Below are positions 46,761 to 64,000 of a stretch of DNA of 64,000 nucleotides, in pieces. How positions within the stretch are numbered: the stretch's first letter is position 1; the number at the start of each line of letters is the position of its first letter. Made by a program: the position numbers and the translations under genes. The DNA comes from Mytilus californianus (Eukaryota), in NCBI RefSeq assembly GCF_021869535.1, contig NW_026262679.1, forward strand, positions 121,396,001 to 121,460,000, read 5' to 3'. Under the pieces are notes generated by a model. It was not told where the DNA came from. It ran no database searches and saw only the letters and a program-made list of their open reading frames with translations.

Positions 46761-47438
46761 TTTACTATCAGACAAAGGAAATTGGACAACAGGCAAAGGC
46801 TATATGAATCCTCTCCAATAACAAGATGGGTCGTTTAGACAAATTAAGACATCACATGTATAAAAAGTTTACAAAGCATTAGTCAATCCACCAATACTGA
46901 ATTCAGATGAACTTATATAGATAGGACTACAGTACTACAAGGACGTATAACTAACATACGTCCTTGAGTACTATAACTATTCAAAAGACTCAAAATCTTA
47001 TCATACACATTTGGATAACTTCAATTGTCGAATGATTATTAAAAAAATGAATCACATGAGTAATTGATATAGTACACATATATGGTAAATCAAGGAGACT
47101 GTATACAATTTCCTTGGGTTAATGAAAAAAGACTAAATGATAAGTAAATGATTCCACCACAACTATAAAATAAAATCCTAGCAAGGATATTTATTTCAAT
47201 AATTCAGATATATTAGATGCTATATACAACATCATTTTTAAGATATATATACAAATGGATATAGATATATCAATAAAAGTACAACACTTTTTTTTCATTT
47301 TTCATTAGTGTTGCGACTAACAATGGATGAAAAAAAAACGATAAAAATACAACCAGTGTTGCGACATTACGATAGAAATCCACACTTTACACTTGTTATA
47401 AATACGAAACTAAATTTTACAGCTCTGAATTTTCAAAG

Positions 47439-60954
<13,516 letters not shown>

Positions 60955-60961
60955 TCACATT

Positions 60962-61865
60962 GTAAGATATTGTTTACAAGAGATTCTTCTTTCTAGGCCA
61001 ATCCAGTGATTACAAAAATGAATTTAATATAGTGTATCCCACTTATTTAAAAAAAAAAATTTTGACACCTGTGACAAATGTTGCCTAATCAGGTAGCAGC
61101 ATAAACTATTTGTATAAAGTTTTGAATTGCAGAAGAGCTGGATAATTCATGCTTTTTATATCACATTATCTTTTCAGTTACTGTGAACCGACAACTTTTG
61201 GTATATAAAATCATTTGCACATTGCACATGTTAAGCAAGCAAGACATTTTAGCATGTACACTCTTGTTTGATATCTCAACCTTCCCTCTTTCAATTTTGA
61301 TCAGTAGACTTACATAAAGAACATACAGTAAAAATCACTACAGACAAAGCATGTCATTCTGACATAATTCAACTGATCATAACCTCATTTTCTTTGTTCA
61401 TTGATAAATGTAAAAAGAAAAAATATACCAGTAGCAAGCCCTGCATCTCAAAGAATTTCAACATATAATTCACTTATTTTTTTGGGAAAGCAGATAAGAC
61501 ATTTCAGTGTGTCTGCTTTCATATAAACTGTTATGAATAAGCAAAATCTTAAATTTTTTAAATTGGTTTACTTTATTTCTATAGTATTTTTGACATCAGA
61601 AATTTTTAGTATTTAAATAATGAACTATTATAATTTATTGTCTTAAATATCAGATATTCAGGATAATTCTTGTAAAAGTGAAAGTTTCATGGAAAGCTGT
61701 GCAAAAATGATTTAAAAATAATGTTTTGTAAAATTTTCATTCTATAATTAGAAATGTAGTACAGCTTTAATTAATGTTTCACATTTGTTCTTATAAATAG
61801 AATGCTGTATTGGGTATCAGTTCAGTGTAATAAAATGTTTTAACAATTTTTTTTTTGTTTTCCAG
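60962..61865 (+). other. Candidate 3' UTR intron of PSMA4
   Basis: Donor ATT|GTAAGA 7 nt after the TAG; strong acceptor TTTTTTTTTTTGTTTTCCAG ending at 61865; AATAAA at 62051-62056. Confidence 0.45.
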
Positions 61866-62933
61866 ATACATCTGAAATAGAAAATGAACATAAGAAGATG
61901 TTTTAGTGACCTTATAAGTGCTATTGGACTTTAACATTTGTTTATTTACTACATGAATGTGCATAAATATTACATTAAAATTTGTTTTGTAAATCTTTGA
62001 TTATATTTATAATATTCCTAATTATAACCTTGGATTAAACTTGGACTATGAATAAAATTGAATCAAGATATTTGATTCTCATGTCATGTGGTGAGAAGTA
62101 CTGATAGCAACCATCTTGACTTAAAATACCACTGTGTTAGAAGACAGATCACTGCACTGCATATTTATATAACCTTTCCAAAGTGAATATATATTAATTT
62201 CTTGAATATTCTGCATGTAAGAATTAAATAAAAATAATTATGTTTAACAATTGCCTGAAAAGACAGAGTGATGGACCTATAGTTTTTGTCTTGCCCTAGA
62301 CGAAAATCACTCAATATAAGACATGCGGATGACAATCTGGCGGTGATGACAGAGTCAACTATTTGCATAAAGCTTTATATTTCAGGGGGAAGAAAAGCTG
62401 GATGCTTCATGCCTTATGTTACAAAGTTTCTGTCTGTCGAGTGTCAGTTGTCGTTGGTCTCATTAATTTTGACGCTGCAGAGACTGCTTAAAAAACTAGT
62501 TTATTTGTCTTGTGAATTTCTCAATTATTATGAGTAATAGGATACCAATTGACTGAGAGTTAAGTTTATATGGTGTTCACACAAATAAACAGACATGCAA
62601 ACCAAATACAAAGACATAAGAAACAATTAAAAACATATCTCCTATGGAAATTAATACAGCTAAACTTTTAACTGCTAAATAAATTGCATACCTTATACAC
62701 CACACCTATTAGACTAACCACTTTTCTTATGGTGATATTCCATTATTAGGTGTACATTCTTCAGTTAGTTAGATATGGGTGTGTTTTAGTGACGTCTCAG
62801 ATTTCAGTGAATTCTATGTATTCTTTACTGCAAAACTTTTTCAATCAATATTCAATCATTATGTCTAGTATTTGGGGGTTTATCATTAATTTGCTAATTT
62901 ATTGTTTTCATAAAGGAATTGATGTTGTTTTCG

Positions 62934-64000
62934 TTTTTATACGACCGCAAAAAAATTTTGTGGTCGTATATTGGTATGATGTTGGAGTCGTCGTCGTCCT
63001 CCGAAGACACATTGGTTTTCGCACTCTAACTTTAGTTTAAGTGAATGGATCTTTATGAAATTTTACCATAAGATTCAATGCCACAAAAGGAAGGTTGGGA
63101 TTGATTTTGGGGGTTATGGTACCAACAGTTAAGGAATAAGGGGCCAAAAATAAGCATTTTTGTAACTTCCAGACATAACTTGTGTGTAAGTGTATGGATC
63201 TCTCTGACATTGTACCACAGGGTTTCATATCACAAAGGGAATGCTGGGATTGATTTTGGGGGTAATTGCCTCAAAATTTTAGGAACTAGGGGCCAAAAAA
63301 GGGAAAAAAAAACAAGCATTTTTCTAGTTTCATGACAATAACATGTGTGTAAGTGTATGGATCTTTCTGAAATTGTACTACAAGGTTCCATATCACAAAG
63401 GAAAAGCTTGAATTTAGTTTGGGGGTAATTGCCCAAAACGTTTAGGAATAAGGGGCCAAAAATAAGTATTTTTCTAGTTTCCAGACAATAATGTGTGTTT
63501 TAGTGTATGGATCTTTTGAAATTGTACTACAAGGTTCCATATCACAAAGGGAAAGCTGGAATTGATTTTGGGGGTAATTGCCCAAAACGTTTAGGAATAA
63601 GGGGCCAAAAAGGGGCCAAAAATAAGCATTTTTCTAGTTTCCAGACAATAATGTGTGTTTAAGTGTATGGATCTTTATGAAATTGTACTACAAGGTTCCA
63701 TATCACAAAGGGAATGCTGGGATTGATTTTGGGGGTAATTGCCTCAAAATTTTAGGAATTAGGGGCCAAAAAGGGGCAAAAAACAAGCATTTTTCTAGTT
63801 TCAGGACAATAACTTGTGTATAAGTGTATGGATCTTTATGAAATTGTACTACAAGGTTCCATATCACAAAGGGAAAGCTGGGTTTGAGTTTGGGGGTAAT
63901 TGCCCTAAACGTTTAGGAATTTGGGGCCAAAAAGGGGCAAAAAAACAAGCATTTTTCTAGTTTCCAGACAATAACTTGTGTTCAAGTGTAGGGATCTCTC
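62934..64000 (+). mobile_element. Third HINE/DINE-1-like element of the 161-bp family, running off the window
   Basis: Same 5' hairpin and (GTC)n. Monomers at 63041, 63190, 63353, 63503, 63663, 63824 and 63986. Confidence 0.9.

Overview
AT-rich, intron-containing animal DNA. The repeat landscape (hammerhead retrozyme monomers, HINE/Helentron-type satellite carriers, Naiad retroelements) points to a bivalve, most likely a Mytilus mussel; this is inference. Five protein-coding genes were reconstructed by hand with GT-AG junctions and consistent frames: the last two exons of NMRK1 (+), an uncharacterised 109-aa two-exon gene (-), AK6 (-) head-to-head with PARP16 (+), and PSMA4 (+). Most of the rest is transposon-derived: Naiad-type Penelope-like elements, a CR1-like LINE carrying two nested 5-bp-TSD elements, several MITEs, satellite-bearing HINEs and about ten decayed type I hammerhead ribozymes. 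The most unusual structure is a 46-bp tandem array in PSMA4 intron 5. It repeats the intron/exon-6 acceptor junction 12 times, and splicing to any decoy copy would rebuild the upstream donor, forming a potential recursive-splicing ratchet. AK6 independently carries a 3-copy amplification of its last acceptor. No tRNA, rRNA or CRISPR array was seen. All calls are by eye; no database search was run.
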